DNA from: a virus
Taxonomy: Duplodnaviria > Caudoviricetes
Virus record (IMG/VR): IMGVR_UViG_3300037743_000357
Location: 1 to 55,421 of that record
Length of the DNA stretch: 55,421 nt
Strand: one strand, 5' to 3'
This document shows, one piece after another, positions 25,638-36,407 of this stretch. Numbering within the stretch: the first letter of the stretch is position 1; every line of letters starts with the position of its first letter. The notes beneath the pieces are model-generated. The model saw nothing but the letters and a program-made list of their open reading frames with translations. It made no database searches and was not told the origin of the DNA. Position numbers and translations under genes: made by a program.

Positions 25638-25668
25638 AAGACGTATGCTATTTTTGAAAGACGTATGC
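25634..25668 (+). repeat. 15-bp tandem direct repeat TTGAAAGACGTATGC spanning a stop codon and the next start codon
   Basis: Identical copies at 25634-48 and 25654-68. Confidence 0.85.
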
Positions 25669-27551
25669 CATTCCCCTGCGACAACAAAGTTCTGTGTCCG
25701 GATGATGAAGCGCTGGCCAATCTGACCAGTGAATCGCTCGATGGCCCGACCTTCGTTCGTGTAATCAATGGGGTAATCACCCCACCCCTTGGCTCTAATT
25801 GGGATCAGACCGGGTGCTTGGGGGTATGCGTCTCCTTGGTTTCCCAAGAAGACGCCGATCTGTGCGCACTGCGCCAGCAAGCTTTTTGCAATGGCACCGA
25901 AGTTTTCCTCAACGCCGCCCAAAGCTGCACGGTCAATTGCCCGGACGGGACGCCCTTTACCTACACGGTGCCGGCGGGAACGTTCACGGCGCCCTTCCAG
26001 GAGGAAGCCGACGCGGTGGCCCGGAGTTACGCATGCCAACAGGCCAACTTGAACCGGATCTGTTTGTCGCCCGCCCAGTGCCAGGTTTGTGTGGGAGAAC
26101 TGAGCACCATCGGATTCTTTGCGGCCGGCGCGATTGATGAGCCTACTCAAATGCTGTGGCAGATCGTGGCCGGCCAAGTCCCGACCGGCATGGTGTTCGC
26201 CGTCGATTCCCAAGGCGTGCCTCGGTTGGTTGGGATTCCGACCGAATCGGGCCAGTTCATCTTCACGCTTCGAGTCACTGCGACCAACGGGAATTTCATG
26301 CAGAAATCCTACTCGGTGTATTCGATTGAGATCGTCGATGGGACATTGCCAGATTTCGAAGTCGGCGTGGCTTACTCGCACCAATTGACCGTCGATGGTG
26401 GGAGTGGCGATTTTCTGTGGCGTATTTCGGAAGGATCATTGCCAGCGGGCTTGAGTCTTTCCAACGACGGGTTGATCAGTGGCACCCCGACTTCCGCGGC
26501 CAGTTCGACTTTCAGCGTTGAAGTGGTGGATTTGGCTTGCGAGGCGGCGGACAAGAGCTTCTACCCGCCGGCGGTGAGCCTGACCACGCTTTCGACGACG
26601 CGCATCGCCACCCTGCTTGGATTCTCGGAGTATCAGGGCTTTGCTTCCACGCCGCCCAAAAAGTACCGCACCCTGACCTTCTCGGGATACAGCAAGAGCG
26701 GCTATCGCACCTTTGGATCGTCTGGCACGGTGTTCTTGGGGGCTGGGAGATACGATTGGAGCGGCTTGAGCCAGTATGATCTTGGGGGCGCGTTGACCAG
26801 TGAGTATGAGAAAGTCTTGAAGACGGCCTGCCAAAGCAGCCCCAACGGCCCGGGCGTTCTCATTCAAGGTTCGAGCCCGCAACTGCGCGGGTATTGCGGG
26901 CCGTGGTTCGGCGTGAACAACGGAGAACTGTTCAGCAAAACATGCGATAGTTGCCCCAACCCGGACGTTTACGTTGATGAAATTGGCTGGAAAAGCTGGC
27001 CAGGGTTCGCCACCAATTCACCATATGACGGCAGCGATTTGTTCGGCGCATTCCCGGGTGGTGGATCGGCGTTGACGCCTTCCAGCGCCACACAGGCCGG
27101 CGTGCACACGGCTGGCGTGGCGAGCTTTTCGTTTCAAGCTTCGCCCATCGCCAATGTGGCTTTCCCATCTGGAAGCGGTCCCGGTTCCTCGTTGATCATC
27201 GATTTTGATCATCAGTTCGATGCGGTTCTCTCCGATGAATACACCGATGCCCAAGCCCTGGCTCAATCCGTGGTGATTACGGGCATCGGACGGGTGGCCG
27301 AGAGCCGCCCGCGCACGACTGGATTCCAATCGCGCTGGACGAGTGTGGCGTTCGTTCTGAACTTCACGCAACTGCTTGCCGGGGAGAATTATGTTGCGAG
27401 CGTTCGCTTTGTGAATGATAACGGAGTAGAGACCGTGCAGAATTATGCATTCACCGCCGAAGACATTGTGCACACGATCAATGGAACCATCCCTACGCCG
27501 CCCGATGGAACGTTCCTGGAAATCCGCAACCCGACGGTTGCCTATGCTTAG
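25665..27551 (+). CDS. Tail fibre/spike with Cys-rich N-terminus, DUF5977-like segment and putative Ig domains
   Basis: 12 Cys in first ~145 aa; FTYTVPAG.F....QEEAD..A; G.LPAGLSL...GLISGTPT. Confidence 0.75.
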   Translation: MPFPCDNKVLCPDDEALANLTSESLDGPTFVRVINGVITPPLGSNWDQTGCLGVCVSLVSQEDADLCALRQQAFCNGTEVFLNAAQSCTVNCPDGTPFTYTVPAGTFTAPFQEEADAVARSYACQQANLNRICLSPAQCQVCVGELSTIGFFAAGAIDEPTQMLWQIVAGQVPTGMVFAVDSQGVPRLVGIPTESGQFIFTLRVTATNGNFMQKSYSVYSIEIVDGTLPDFEVGVAYSHQLTVDGGSGDFLWRISEGSLPAGLSLSNDGLISGTPTSAASSTFSVEVVDLACEAADKSFYPPAVSLTTLSTTRIATLLGFSEYQGFASTPPKKYRTLTFSGYSKSGYRTFGSSGTVFLGAGRYDWSGLSQYDLGGALTSEYEKVLKTACQSSPNGPGVLIQGSSPQLRGYCGPWFGVNNGELFSKTCDSCPNPDVYVDEIGWKSWPGFATNSPYDGSDLFGAFPGGGSALTPSSATQAGVHTAGVASFSFQASPIANVAFPSGSGPGSSLIIDFDHQFDAVLSDEYTDAQALAQSVVITGIGRVAESRPRTTGFQSRWTSVAFVLNFTQLLAGENYVASVRFVNDNGVETVQNYAFTAEDIVHTINGTIPTPPDGTFLEIRNPTVAYA

Positions 27552-27556
27552 CGATT

Positions 27557-28591
27557 ATGGCCTGCGCCAAAGAGTTGACCATCAATTCGAGTACATCCGA
27601 CATGCCACTTGATTCAGCAACGTATCTGGCCAGCGCAGACGCCATCTTCGGCGTGCGCGGTCCATGGGTGTTCAAGTTCAACGCCATGACCGGGGCATTG
27701 ATCGACTCGGCTATCTTCTCGCCCAACGCCATCGGTCTTTCGACTATTGTTGCGGCCAACGGGCGGTTGATTGCGGGCGTGTCACTCTCGACCATGCCCT
27801 TCCCGGACGATGCCACGCTGACACCGACGGGAGATCCATTCCAGGAACGGGATCTTTACCAGATCAATCCCACGACCTTGGGCAACACGCCCTTGCAGTT
27901 CTGGCAGTACTTCAACAGCACGGCGCTGACGGTTATTCGCAACGAATGTGGTCATCGGGATTTGGTGACTGACGGAACCAACGTCATTGGGACTTGGTGT
28001 TTTGATTATCTCTACCGATTTGACCCGACCAACGTGGCTGGAAGCATGGAGTTTGGCCGGATTGTCACGACTGCCACGGACACCAATTGGGGGGATAACT
28101 CCATCGACACGGACAACAACAGGCCGATTGTGGCGCGGGGCGAAGTGACTTCTACGTTGGGCGAGATCCGCAGTTTCTCGTTCGCGGCGGGTTGGAGCCA
28201 GGAATGGGAAGTAGATTTCCCGGAGATCCCGGCCAACACCTACCCGGTGGCGGTGTGTTACTGCCCGCTCAACGGGGCGTGGTACGCGCCAATCCTGACC
28301 TACGCTGCGCCCACGACCCTGGCGGTTATCAAGGTGACGGGAGATCATGTATTATCCACGATCAACACCAACACGATTGGATCAACGGCGCGACACATCC
28401 GATACGACGCAGTGACCCAACGCATCTACATCCCCGATGGCAACGCCGGTTCCATCACCGTTCTCAACCCGGCGACTGACACGGTTGAATCGGTCAAGAC
28501 GGGATTCACGATGCCTTGGGACGTGGTTTTCACCCCGACCAAACGTTTCGCCGTTCAGAACGCGCCCAAGGGCCTTTTGGAGATCACATGA
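27557..28591 (+). CDS. Beta-propeller (YVTN/YncE-like) virion protein
   Basis: RIYIPDG..GSITVLNPAT......TG...PWDV.F blade motif. Confidence 0.65.
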   Translation: MACAKELTINSSTSDMPLDSATYLASADAIFGVRGPWVFKFNAMTGALIDSAIFSPNAIGLSTIVAANGRLIAGVSLSTMPFPDDATLTPTGDPFQERDLYQINPTTLGNTPLQFWQYFNSTALTVIRNECGHRDLVTDGTNVIGTWCFDYLYRFDPTNVAGSMEFGRIVTTATDTNWGDNSIDTDNNRPIVARGEVTSTLGEIRSFSFAAGWSQEWEVDFPEIPANTYPVAVCYCPLNGAWYAPILTYAAPTTLAVIKVTGDHVLSTINTNTIGSTARHIRYDAVTQRIYIPDGNAGSITVLNPATDTVESVKTGFTMPWDVVFTPTKRFAVQNAPKGLLEIT

Positions 28592-29628
28592 AACGCCTTC
28601 GACTTTACGATATTCGCACCGGGCGCTTGCCCGAGCTTCTGCAAATGTGCCAGAGCGACGTGGCCCGGCTGGCTGAGTTCGTCAACGCCGCCCAGCAAAG
28701 GCTCATTTACGCCAAGGAAGCCGGCGAGACGGGCTGGTGGGGGACGTGGGCGGAGATGGCGTTCAACATCCCCAAGGCATCGCCCTATCTCACGACGCCC
28801 CGGAGCGTGGCGCGGTTGGAAACGCTGGTTATGTGCGATCAACCCGTGCCACTGAACAATCAGTTCTACGAATACCTTCGCTTCGGGAATGGTAGGATGC
28901 CCAAGGAATGTCAGAGTCAGTGTCCGCGGGAACGGCAGGTCTTCACGCGCAACAACGCGGTGAGCTTCACGGACATGACCAATGCGCCCCAACTGATTCG
29001 AGTTTACCTGACCGATCCCCAGGATGTTGGTAAACGCGTTTTGATCCAGGGCGCCGACGAAAATTTTGTGACCGTGTTCACACAAGACAACGCCAACCGG
29101 GTGCAGGGAGTTTTTCTGACCTTGGATTCGCCCTTCGTGACGACGCCTTTCTCGTTCCAAACGCTGACTGGCATTCAGAAGGACATCACGGCGGGGGAGA
29201 TCAACATTTACCAGGCCGACCCATTGACGGGCGAGGAAGTGTTGCTCCTGACCATGGAACCGGGGGAGGAAACTGCTTATTACCGGCGCTATTACTTCGA
29301 CAACATGCCCTCGCGATGCTGCGCGACGGTGAACGCGGACACCATCCAGGTGCGGGCCATTGTGAAGTTGGAGTTGCTTCCGGTGGTGACGGACACCGAT
29401 TACTGTTTGATCCAGAACAAGGAAGCGTTGATCGAGGAAGCCATGAGCGTGCATTACTCGCAGGTCGATTCCTCCAGCGCAAAGATGATGGCCCAGGAGA
29501 AGCACCAGCAAGCCATCCGACTTTTGAATGGAGAATTGAACCACTACGTCGGCCAAGAATCCGTGGCCATCAATTTCGCGCCCTTCGGCGACGCGGACCT
29601 TCGCCGAGTCAACATTGGAATGATTTAG
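28588..29628 (+). CDS. Head-tail adaptor / tail tubular protein A-like
   Basis: FVNAAQQRLI N-terminal helix and AIRLLNGEL C-terminal helix; ATGA-coupled. Confidence 0.65.
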   Translation: MKRLRLYDIRTGRLPELLQMCQSDVARLAEFVNAAQQRLIYAKEAGETGWWGTWAEMAFNIPKASPYLTTPRSVARLETLVMCDQPVPLNNQFYEYLRFGNGRMPKECQSQCPRERQVFTRNNAVSFTDMTNAPQLIRVYLTDPQDVGKRVLIQGADENFVTVFTQDNANRVQGVFLTLDSPFVTTPFSFQTLTGIQKDITAGEINIYQADPLTGEEVLLLTMEPGEETAYYRRYYFDNMPSRCCATVNADTIQVRAIVKLELLPVVTDTDYCLIQNKEALIEEAMSVHYSQVDSSSAKMMAQEKHQQAIRLLNGELNHYVGQESVAINFAPFGDADLRRVNIGMI

Positions 29629-29632
29629 CACC

Positions 29633-30292
29633 ATGGCCTTTGAATTCAAATCGTTGTTCGACCGGCAAGTTCCGATGACGGGCTGGGGAACCAATCAAAT
29701 CAATCGCCCAACTTACGCGGAGAAGTTCGGCTTTGGCGGTTCACAGCCGGCCAGCGTTGCCCCACCCCGCCCCTACTACTTCGACGCACCGCCCGAACAG
29801 ATCGCCGCGCAGACCAACGCCTTCATGACTGACCAAGCGGTGGCTCCCTACCGCGCCAACCTGCCCGGTTACGACGCGATGGTTGGGCAGCGTAGTGACG
29901 TGATTGGGTCACAGTTGGAAGGGGAAGTGCCCGATGACGTGTTGTCCCAAATTTTGCAGAGCGCCGCGGAGCGTGGCATCATGACGGGTTCGCCCGGTTC
30001 CCCCAACGCCTCGGCGGCTTACCTTCGAGCACTGGGCCAGACTTCCATGGGATTGCAGCAACAAGGCATGCAGAACTTGGGTGCGGCCATTGAATCCACT
30101 CCGGTGCCTGAGCTTTTGAATCCGGCGAGCATCTCTGTTCCGGAACGCTTCGCGCAACAGGAGTATGACCTTTATGAGCAATCCCTCCAGCCCATCAGTT
30201 ATCAGATTGGACCGGGAACCACGCATACGACGTTGCCCACGCCGTTCATCCGGGGAGCAACCCCCACCATGAACCTCTTTCAACCAAGGTAA
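29633..30292 (+). CDS. Internal virion (ejection) protein
   Basis: Q/A/G-rich; SAAERG..GS; position before giant gene. Confidence 0.6.
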   Translation: MAFEFKSLFDRQVPMTGWGTNQINRPTYAEKFGFGGSQPASVAPPRPYYFDAPPEQIAAQTNAFMTDQAVAPYRANLPGYDAMVGQRSDVIGSQLEGEVPDDVLSQILQSAAERGIMTGSPGSPNASAAYLRALGQTSMGLQQQGMQNLGAAIESTPVPELLNPASISVPERFAQQEYDLYEQSLQPISYQIGPGTTHTTLPTPFIRGATPTMNLFQPR

Positions 30293-30295
30293 GTC

Positions 30296-31174
30296 ATGCC
30301 AGTGATGCCCAGTTTCTCATCGTTCGCGCGCGGCCCCAATCTGGTGGGGGCGGCGTCAACAGCCAAGAGCCAGGTGTTGGACGCCCAGCGCGTGGCCATC
30401 AACGCCCAACTCCAGCGCCAACAACTTGCCCAGCAAGCCGAGCAGGCGCTCATGAGGCATCAGGTTGACTTGATGCAGTTGGACGCCAGCCGGAAGGCTT
30501 CGGAGAGCCAAGCGCAAATCGCCCAGCAAAACATCGAGTTAAAGAAGGCGTATGATTCACAGCGACTGTCCTTTATCGACCGGCAACTGGCCATCGAAGA
30601 GCAAAGCGCGGCGTCCGAAATGGAACGGGCGTTGATGGAGGAAGAGTTGAAGCGGGAGTATAGCGATTTGGTGAAGACCAAGATCAGCGCGGGCATGGAC
30701 GTTGAGAGCGCGGCTCGGGAAGCGGGGATGCAGACGGGTTGGCGCGGATGGCAGGGGTTGCCGGCGGCGGCGATTCCCGATGGGATGGGCGGCTCTGGAT
30801 CCGGATCTGGTCAGGAAGCGTTCGATCCTGAAATGATTCCTCTTCCAGGTGGCGGGAGTGCGTTTCGGCGGGGTGAAAAGAGCTTTCAATTCATTCCCAA
30901 AGAGAAAACCACGGTGCCGATGTTATTGCCGTCAAACTCGTACGGTGGACAGGAATACAAGGAAGTTTCTCCGGACAAAGTTAAAACTTATTTCGACAGC
31001 CTTCCTGAAAAGTTCAAAACAAACACGATCAACCGGGCGGCCATGGAGTTTGTGAAGGATCGAAAGGAACCTGATACAGATACTTCGCCTCAGAACGTGC
31101 GCGAGGTTGTCACGCCGAACGGGCGCAAATACAAATTGGTGATTCCCAATGCCCCAGTATCAAATAATCGATGA
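30296..31174 (+). CDS. Internal virion (ejection) protein
   Basis: Q-rich coiled coil; position. Confidence 0.6.
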   Translation: MPVMPSFSSFARGPNLVGAASTAKSQVLDAQRVAINAQLQRQQLAQQAEQALMRHQVDLMQLDASRKASESQAQIAQQNIELKKAYDSQRLSFIDRQLAIEEQSAASEMERALMEEELKREYSDLVKTKISAGMDVESAAREAGMQTGWRGWQGLPAAAIPDGMGGSGSGSGQEAFDPEMIPLPGGGSAFRRGEKSFQFIPKEKTTVPMLLPSNSYGGQEYKEVSPDKVKTYFDSLPEKFKTNTINRAAMEFVKDRKEPDTDTSPQNVREVVTPNGRKYKLVIPNAPVSNNR

Positions 31175-34100
31175 ATCGGGGCGCACACTACTGGTTGAAG
31201 GGGACACCGAACCCGATCCGAGCGACGTAGATTTTCTCCTCTCCCAGCTTGACCAACCCCAAGCCCCGGCCGCGCCGGATTTAGAACAGCCTCCCGGCCA
31301 GGTCTCCGGCATCATCACATCCGCCACCCAGGGGTTTAAAACCACGCAGCAAGCCATGGACGCCCGCCGTCTGGCCGATACGTCCGGGGGACCGACCATG
31401 CGCCAGGAACGCAGGGCTTTTGTCCAGGCCATGGAAGATCCGCGATACATGGATCTGCTCTCCCGTCGCCCCAATGACCTGGAGGCGTTTACCGAGCAGG
31501 AAGTTGGTCCAGGTTCCATGGCTTCACTGGTTGGTCCTGAATCAAAACTTCAGGATATGCGCCAGGGCGTTGAGATGGATCGCAGGGAAATCGTTGAGCG
31601 CATGGCGGCGAGGGAAAAGGACATCCAAGCCCAATCACTTGCCCCGGGTTATCAGCAATACCGCGAGGCCAAAGGAGTGGATGCGGTCAAAGCGTTCCTT
31701 GCCAATCCCGTTGAAGTCACGCTCAACATCGTGGCCCAAGGGTTGGGTTCCAGTGTTCAGGCATTGTTGGGCGCTGCGGCGGGGGGTGTGGTGGCTGGGC
31801 CGGTTGGAACCGCAGTGGGCGCGGGGACTGGATCTTTCAGTATTGAACACGCCCACGCCATTCTTGAAAGCCTGGCCGAAGAGGGAGTTGATTTGAAAGA
31901 TCCAGACGCGCTTCTGGCGGCGTTCAAGGACACCAATAAACTCGCTCGGGCACGGGAACGCGGCGTCAAACGGGGTATTCCCATTGCCATGTTCGATGCT
32001 TTCAGCGGCGGGGTGGCTGGCAAATTCCTCATGGGCTCTAAAGGGTTCAAGGAGATTGTCAAGAAAGCCGGGCTGGAAACCGCAGTGCAAACCGGCTCCG
32101 GTGCCGCCGGCGAGGCGGTGGCTCAATTGGTGAGTGAGGGCAACGTCAACGCGTGGCGGGACGTGTTCGAAGAAGCCATTGGAGAGCTTGGGCCTGGAGC
32201 CGTGGAAGCCGCAGTCAACGTATTGAGCGCCCGTCAACAATCTGTCCCATCAACCGAAACCCAAACCGAAGGAAGCCAAGATGCCAGCCAAGACCGAACG
32301 ACAGAGGAGATTCATGGCGATGTGCGCCAAGAACCCGAGCAAGTCCAAGAAGCCGTGCCCGCCCAGGAAACTGGCTCGGGAGTTCAGCCACAAGAAGAGG
32401 AAGTCTTAGAATCGCGCATCGTCTCGGAGGAAGAAGCTCCCGAGCTTGAATACATTTCACAGGAGGACGTTGAAGCCTACTTCGACCGGCGTTTTGGCAA
32501 GACCGAAGAGCAACCCGAATCCCCCGATGCTTTGGAAGCCAGGCGTCCTGGTCGATTCACGTTCCCTGATTATGACCAGTTCAAAAAATGGATGGGCGAG
32601 CGTTACGCCGAGCGCGACTTGGATGGGATGAAGCTGGCTTTCGCCGAGGCATCCAACAAGGACAAAGCCAAGTTCGCCAAGGAATTGTTGCGCGGTGCTG
32701 ATGACCATTTGAGGAACTGGATTTATCACATGGCCGCCGGCGCGGATTTGACCGACATCGATCCGCCCGTCAAGCGAACGACGCCCCGGCCCATGCCTGA
32801 CGGCTCGACGCAACCCGTGGAGACACCTGCGCAACAGCCGCCGGGGCCACCGCCCAAACCGCCCCCGCAGAATGTCCCGCAGCATCGGCCATTCAACATC
32901 ACGGCCATGGTTCAACTGCTTCGGCGGCACGCCAAATTCCCCACGGTCAACGAAAGGTTGGTTACGGCTTACGGGCGATACATGACCAAAGCCCAGCAGA
33001 TCGAGTTGAAGGGGCGCCTGATGTGGGACCAAAAACTGGCGTCCCGTATGTTGGGCCATGAGATCGGGCATTGGATCGATCTGGCCATTGAGGCAACCGG
33101 ACGGGGCAAAGACTTCGCGCAAAGGTTGAAACCGATGTTCGATTTCAAGAAGGACATCGCGGGCGCCGCGCATTTGAAGAATCAGGCCAAGGCACTTTCA
33201 GCGGAGTGGCGCGGTCCGTTCAGTCCCAATGATCGGTATCGGAACAGGTCCCAAGAACTGTTGGCAGATTTTCTATCGGCGATGTTCAATGATCCTGATT
33301 GGGTGAATCAGAATTACCCCGAGTTGTTTGATGCCTTCCAGGATTTGCGCGATGCCAAGCCGGCGTTCAAGAGCGCCTACCGTGAAGTGGAAACTTGGTT
33401 GCAGGGCGAAACGATGGCCCAAGAATTGATCGATCAGGACAAGGACGCTGTGGTTCGAACGCACGACATAATCATGGAAGACCGCACTGCCGAAACTTCC
33501 TCGATCAAGAACCGGCTCTTGGGTGCTTTGATGACGGTGTGGAACCGGGCCTTCGAAGTGGAAGGGCGCCCTCGCGAGATAGGCAAAAGCCTGACCGAAC
33601 AATTGGAGTTTTCCTACACATGGGCGGCCAATCAAATGTCGGTGTGGTTCGACGATTACTTGCGCAATGTCCAACCGCTCATTGACAAGGTTTCCGCCGA
33701 TCCGGTCCAAGCCCAAGCCGCTCTTCTTTCCTATACGAAGGCGCGACGCGTGATTGGAGAACGGCGCGCGGCGGGGGTGTGGATTGAGGAGAACCCGGAG
33801 GATGCGCGTTCGCTTTTGCGTTTGATCGTCGCGGTGGACCCCGCACTTAACGACAAATATATCGACGCAGTGGAAAGCGCTGAACCGGATCAGATTTACG
33901 ATTTGAGCGCGGTCATCCTGCGCGAGATCCATGACCAAGGAGAAGCGTTGGTCAACCGGGTGACGCGTGAGATCGACAATGCCGATTTGGGTGTCTCCGG
34001 TCAGTCGTTCATGGTGGCGTTCAACGTCCGAGGCAAACTTCTCAATCCCCAAGGGTTGACCCCCGAGACCGCGCAATCCGTGTTGAACCAGTTGCGGGAA

Positions 34101-36407
34101 GAACTGGGTCCGGAACGTTTCCAAGCGTTGGAACAAGCTGCTTCCAACCTGCGCGACTTGCTCTTTGGCGTTCAGCGGAGGATGTACGAATCCGGGTTGA
34201 TTCCGACAAAAATGTGGGAGGAATTGATTGCGCCCAACCGGGACAATTATGTGCCATTTGCCGTGCTGGATTATTTCGAGGGGAGCGTTGGGGCCGGGGT
34301 GATGCCGCAGAAAGGCACCGCCAAGGACGTGGCCGATGTTTCCGCCGCCACACAACTCAAAGTCGTGAGTTCGTTCGGCTGGTTGCAGCGGCAGCGCCAA
34401 GCTCAATTGATTCGGCAGATCTGGCAGCGGGCCGGCAACCCGATGGAGCTTGGGCAGCGTTTGAAACGCTCCTCGCAGATCAAAGACATCCGCCGCGCCC
34501 ACAAGCACGACAACACCAGTCGCATCGTGATTTGGGATAATGGCCAACCGCACGTCTTGGAAATCCCGGGGGACCGCGGCAAGACCATGGAAACGGCGAC
34601 TTCGATGCCTGATTTCTATGAGCACATCCGATGGTTCCAGGGGGCGGCCCAATTCACGCACCGCATCATGGCGGTGTACACGCAATTGACGCCCAGCTTT
34701 TTATTCTGGCGCAACCCGATCCGAGGCGCGCGCACCGCCTACCTGAAACTGGGTGTCGCTTCTCTGGCCAAGCAGATCGGACCCAAACGCACCATGGAGT
34801 TGATGAAGCTGGCCTACAACTATGCCGAAGCGGCCACGGGAAAACCGATGCTGCCGTTGGTTCGGGAATTGGTGGAGAGCCAGGCGTTGCCGGCGCCGCA
34901 CTTGGCTTATGGGGAAGTTCGGGACCTTTCCAGCGCGCGCGAACTCATGGCGCGCGGTGCGTTGCCGGTGTTTGTGGCCCACAGAATCCGGGAATCTGTT
35001 CCGGAGAAGGCCGGTCCAGTGCGAACGGGCGCGCGCAAGTTCAAGGCGTTGACCGACAAATCCTTCACGGCCTACGAGGCTTTCGAGAAGATTTACAATT
35101 TCCAAGCGGCTCTGGAAGCTGGCCATGACGTGCAAACCGCCCGGGGCGTGGCTCGGCGCGCCGGCATCGTCAATCCCGGGGTGGCGGGCAAGTGGTCCTT
35201 CCTCATGGAGATCTTCTATCCATGGACGCGAATCCGATTGCAGGGTCTGCGCGTGACCTACCAGATGCTGCGGGACCCGCGTTTCCGTGACGGTTACATG
35301 GCTCGCTTCGGGATGTCGGAAGCGTTGCCGCGGATGCTCAAGGTCGCGATTGCCAGCGGAATTATCGGCGGCCTGGTCAAATGGCTTTTGCCGGGGGATG
35401 ATGACGAAAACGACACGGTGATGGCCGAAGTGATGCGCCGTATCTCGCCTTACAAGATGGCCTTGGACGATCTGGTGCCGTTGATGTTTTTCGATCCTCG
35501 AACCGGAAGTTACATTCCATTTTGGACCTTCAAGAAAGGTTCGGAGATCCCCGATCATTTCGAGGTTATCAGCTTTCGCATTCCGGCCAGCGAAGAGGGC
35601 ATCACATGGGGCACTTTCCTTTATCACGCGCTTGCTTCGGCGCCGGGGTTGCATGACCAGATCGGCCAGCCGGACAAGGGTTGGATGCACACGATGGGAA
35701 GCTGGGCCGGCGACTACCTGGCGCCAGGATTGAATCCCGCAATCACCACGCTTGAGAACACCATGGTCATGATCGGCACGGGAGAGAACCCCGAAGATCC
35801 TTACACGATGCACCCATCGGCCAATGAGCAGATGTTCGACGCCGGCGGCATGGAGCGCGCCCAGGCCATCGCCGGGTATGTCATGAACGAGTTGGGCGGT
35901 CCGGGTGTGTTGGCTGGCATCATGGCGGCCAACTTCGGGCTGATGGATGAGCGGGCATTGAATGCGTTCTCCAAGCGACTTGAGAGCGACAAGAAAAGCT
36001 GGATTGAATCCATCCCGTTTTCTTCAACGGCGTTTTCCTTCGACAATTACGCCAAGTATCGCACCGAACGATTGAGCCAGGTTGAAGAGGACAAGCTGCG
36101 CGCCGGCGCACGGCTCTTGATGCCGCCCCGCCTTAAATCGATGTATGATTTCTACTACCGAAATTCCAGGCGCAAAGACAAGTTGAGCGACAACGAACTT
36201 GCACAGTTGGAAGTGGCCAGCGCGTGGGTGCGGGACGTGTGGGGAACGCTCACAATTCAAGGCGATCCAAACCCCGATTCATGGTACTCGAAGGCGGGGG
36301 CGGCGATGAACGGTTCCCGGCAAGCCAAGACCACATTCAAGCGCGACATCGAGGCGGTCTCGGCGGAATTTGTGGAGGAATTTGAAGCCATTCGTTCCGC
36401 GCCTTGA
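31149..36407 (+). CDS. Large ejection/polyvalent protein with zincin metallopeptidase motif
   Basis: 1752 aa; Gly/Ala hydrophobic hairpin; HEIGH (HExxH) with downstream ELLADF; YVPF; hydrophobic C-terminal region. Confidence 0.8.
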   Translation: MPQYQIIDESGRTLLVEGDTEPDPSDVDFLLSQLDQPQAPAAPDLEQPPGQVSGIITSATQGFKTTQQAMDARRLADTSGGPTMRQERRAFVQAMEDPRYMDLLSRRPNDLEAFTEQEVGPGSMASLVGPESKLQDMRQGVEMDRREIVERMAAREKDIQAQSLAPGYQQYREAKGVDAVKAFLANPVEVTLNIVAQGLGSSVQALLGAAAGGVVAGPVGTAVGAGTGSFSIEHAHAILESLAEEGVDLKDPDALLAAFKDTNKLARARERGVKRGIPIAMFDAFSGGVAGKFLMGSKGFKEIVKKAGLETAVQTGSGAAGEAVAQLVSEGNVNAWRDVFEEAIGELGPGAVEAAVNVLSARQQSVPSTETQTEGSQDASQDRTTEEIHGDVRQEPEQVQEAVPAQETGSGVQPQEEEVLESRIVSEEEAPELEYISQEDVEAYFDRRFGKTEEQPESPDALEARRPGRFTFPDYDQFKKWMGERYAERDLDGMKLAFAEASNKDKAKFAKELLRGADDHLRNWIYHMAAGADLTDIDPPVKRTTPRPMPDGSTQPVETPAQQPPGPPPKPPPQNVPQHRPFNITAMVQLLRRHAKFPTVNERLVTAYGRYMTKAQQIELKGRLMWDQKLASRMLGHEIGHWIDLAIEATGRGKDFAQRLKPMFDFKKDIAGAAHLKNQAKALSAEWRGPFSPNDRYRNRSQELLADFLSAMFNDPDWVNQNYPELFDAFQDLRDAKPAFKSAYREVETWLQGETMAQELIDQDKDAVVRTHDIIMEDRTAETSSIKNRLLGALMTVWNRAFEVEGRPREIGKSLTEQLEFSYTWAANQMSVWFDDYLRNVQPLIDKVSADPVQAQAALLSYTKARRVIGERRAAGVWIEENPEDARSLLRLIVAVDPALNDKYIDAVESAEPDQIYDLSAVILREIHDQGEALVNRVTREIDNADLGVSGQSFMVAFNVRGKLLNPQGLTPETAQSVLNQLREELGPERFQALEQAASNLRDLLFGVQRRMYESGLIPTKMWEELIAPNRDNYVPFAVLDYFEGSVGAGVMPQKGTAKDVADVSAATQLKVVSSFGWLQRQRQAQLIRQIWQRAGNPMELGQRLKRSSQIKDIRRAHKHDNTSRIVIWDNGQPHVLEIPGDRGKTMETATSMPDFYEHIRWFQGAAQFTHRIMAVYTQLTPSFLFWRNPIRGARTAYLKLGVASLAKQIGPKRTMELMKLAYNYAEAATGKPMLPLVRELVESQALPAPHLAYGEVRDLSSARELMARGALPVFVAHRIRESVPEKAGPVRTGARKFKALTDKSFTAYEAFEKIYNFQAALEAGHDVQTARGVARRAGIVNPGVAGKWSFLMEIFYPWTRIRLQGLRVTYQMLRDPRFRDGYMARFGMSEALPRMLKVAIASGIIGGLVKWLLPGDDDENDTVMAEVMRRISPYKMALDDLVPLMFFDPRTGSYIPFWTFKKGSEIPDHFEVISFRIPASEEGITWGTFLYHALASAPGLHDQIGQPDKGWMHTMGSWAGDYLAPGLNPAITTLENTMVMIGTGENPEDPYTMHPSANEQMFDAGGMERAQAIAGYVMNELGGPGVLAGIMAANFGLMDERALNAFSKRLESDKKSWIESIPFSSTAFSFDNYAKYRTERLSQVEEDKLRAGARLLMPPRLKSMYDFYYRNSRRKDKLSDNELAQLEVASAWVRDVWGTLTIQGDPNPDSWYSKAGAAMNGSRQAKTTFKRDIEAVSAEFVEEFEAIRSAP

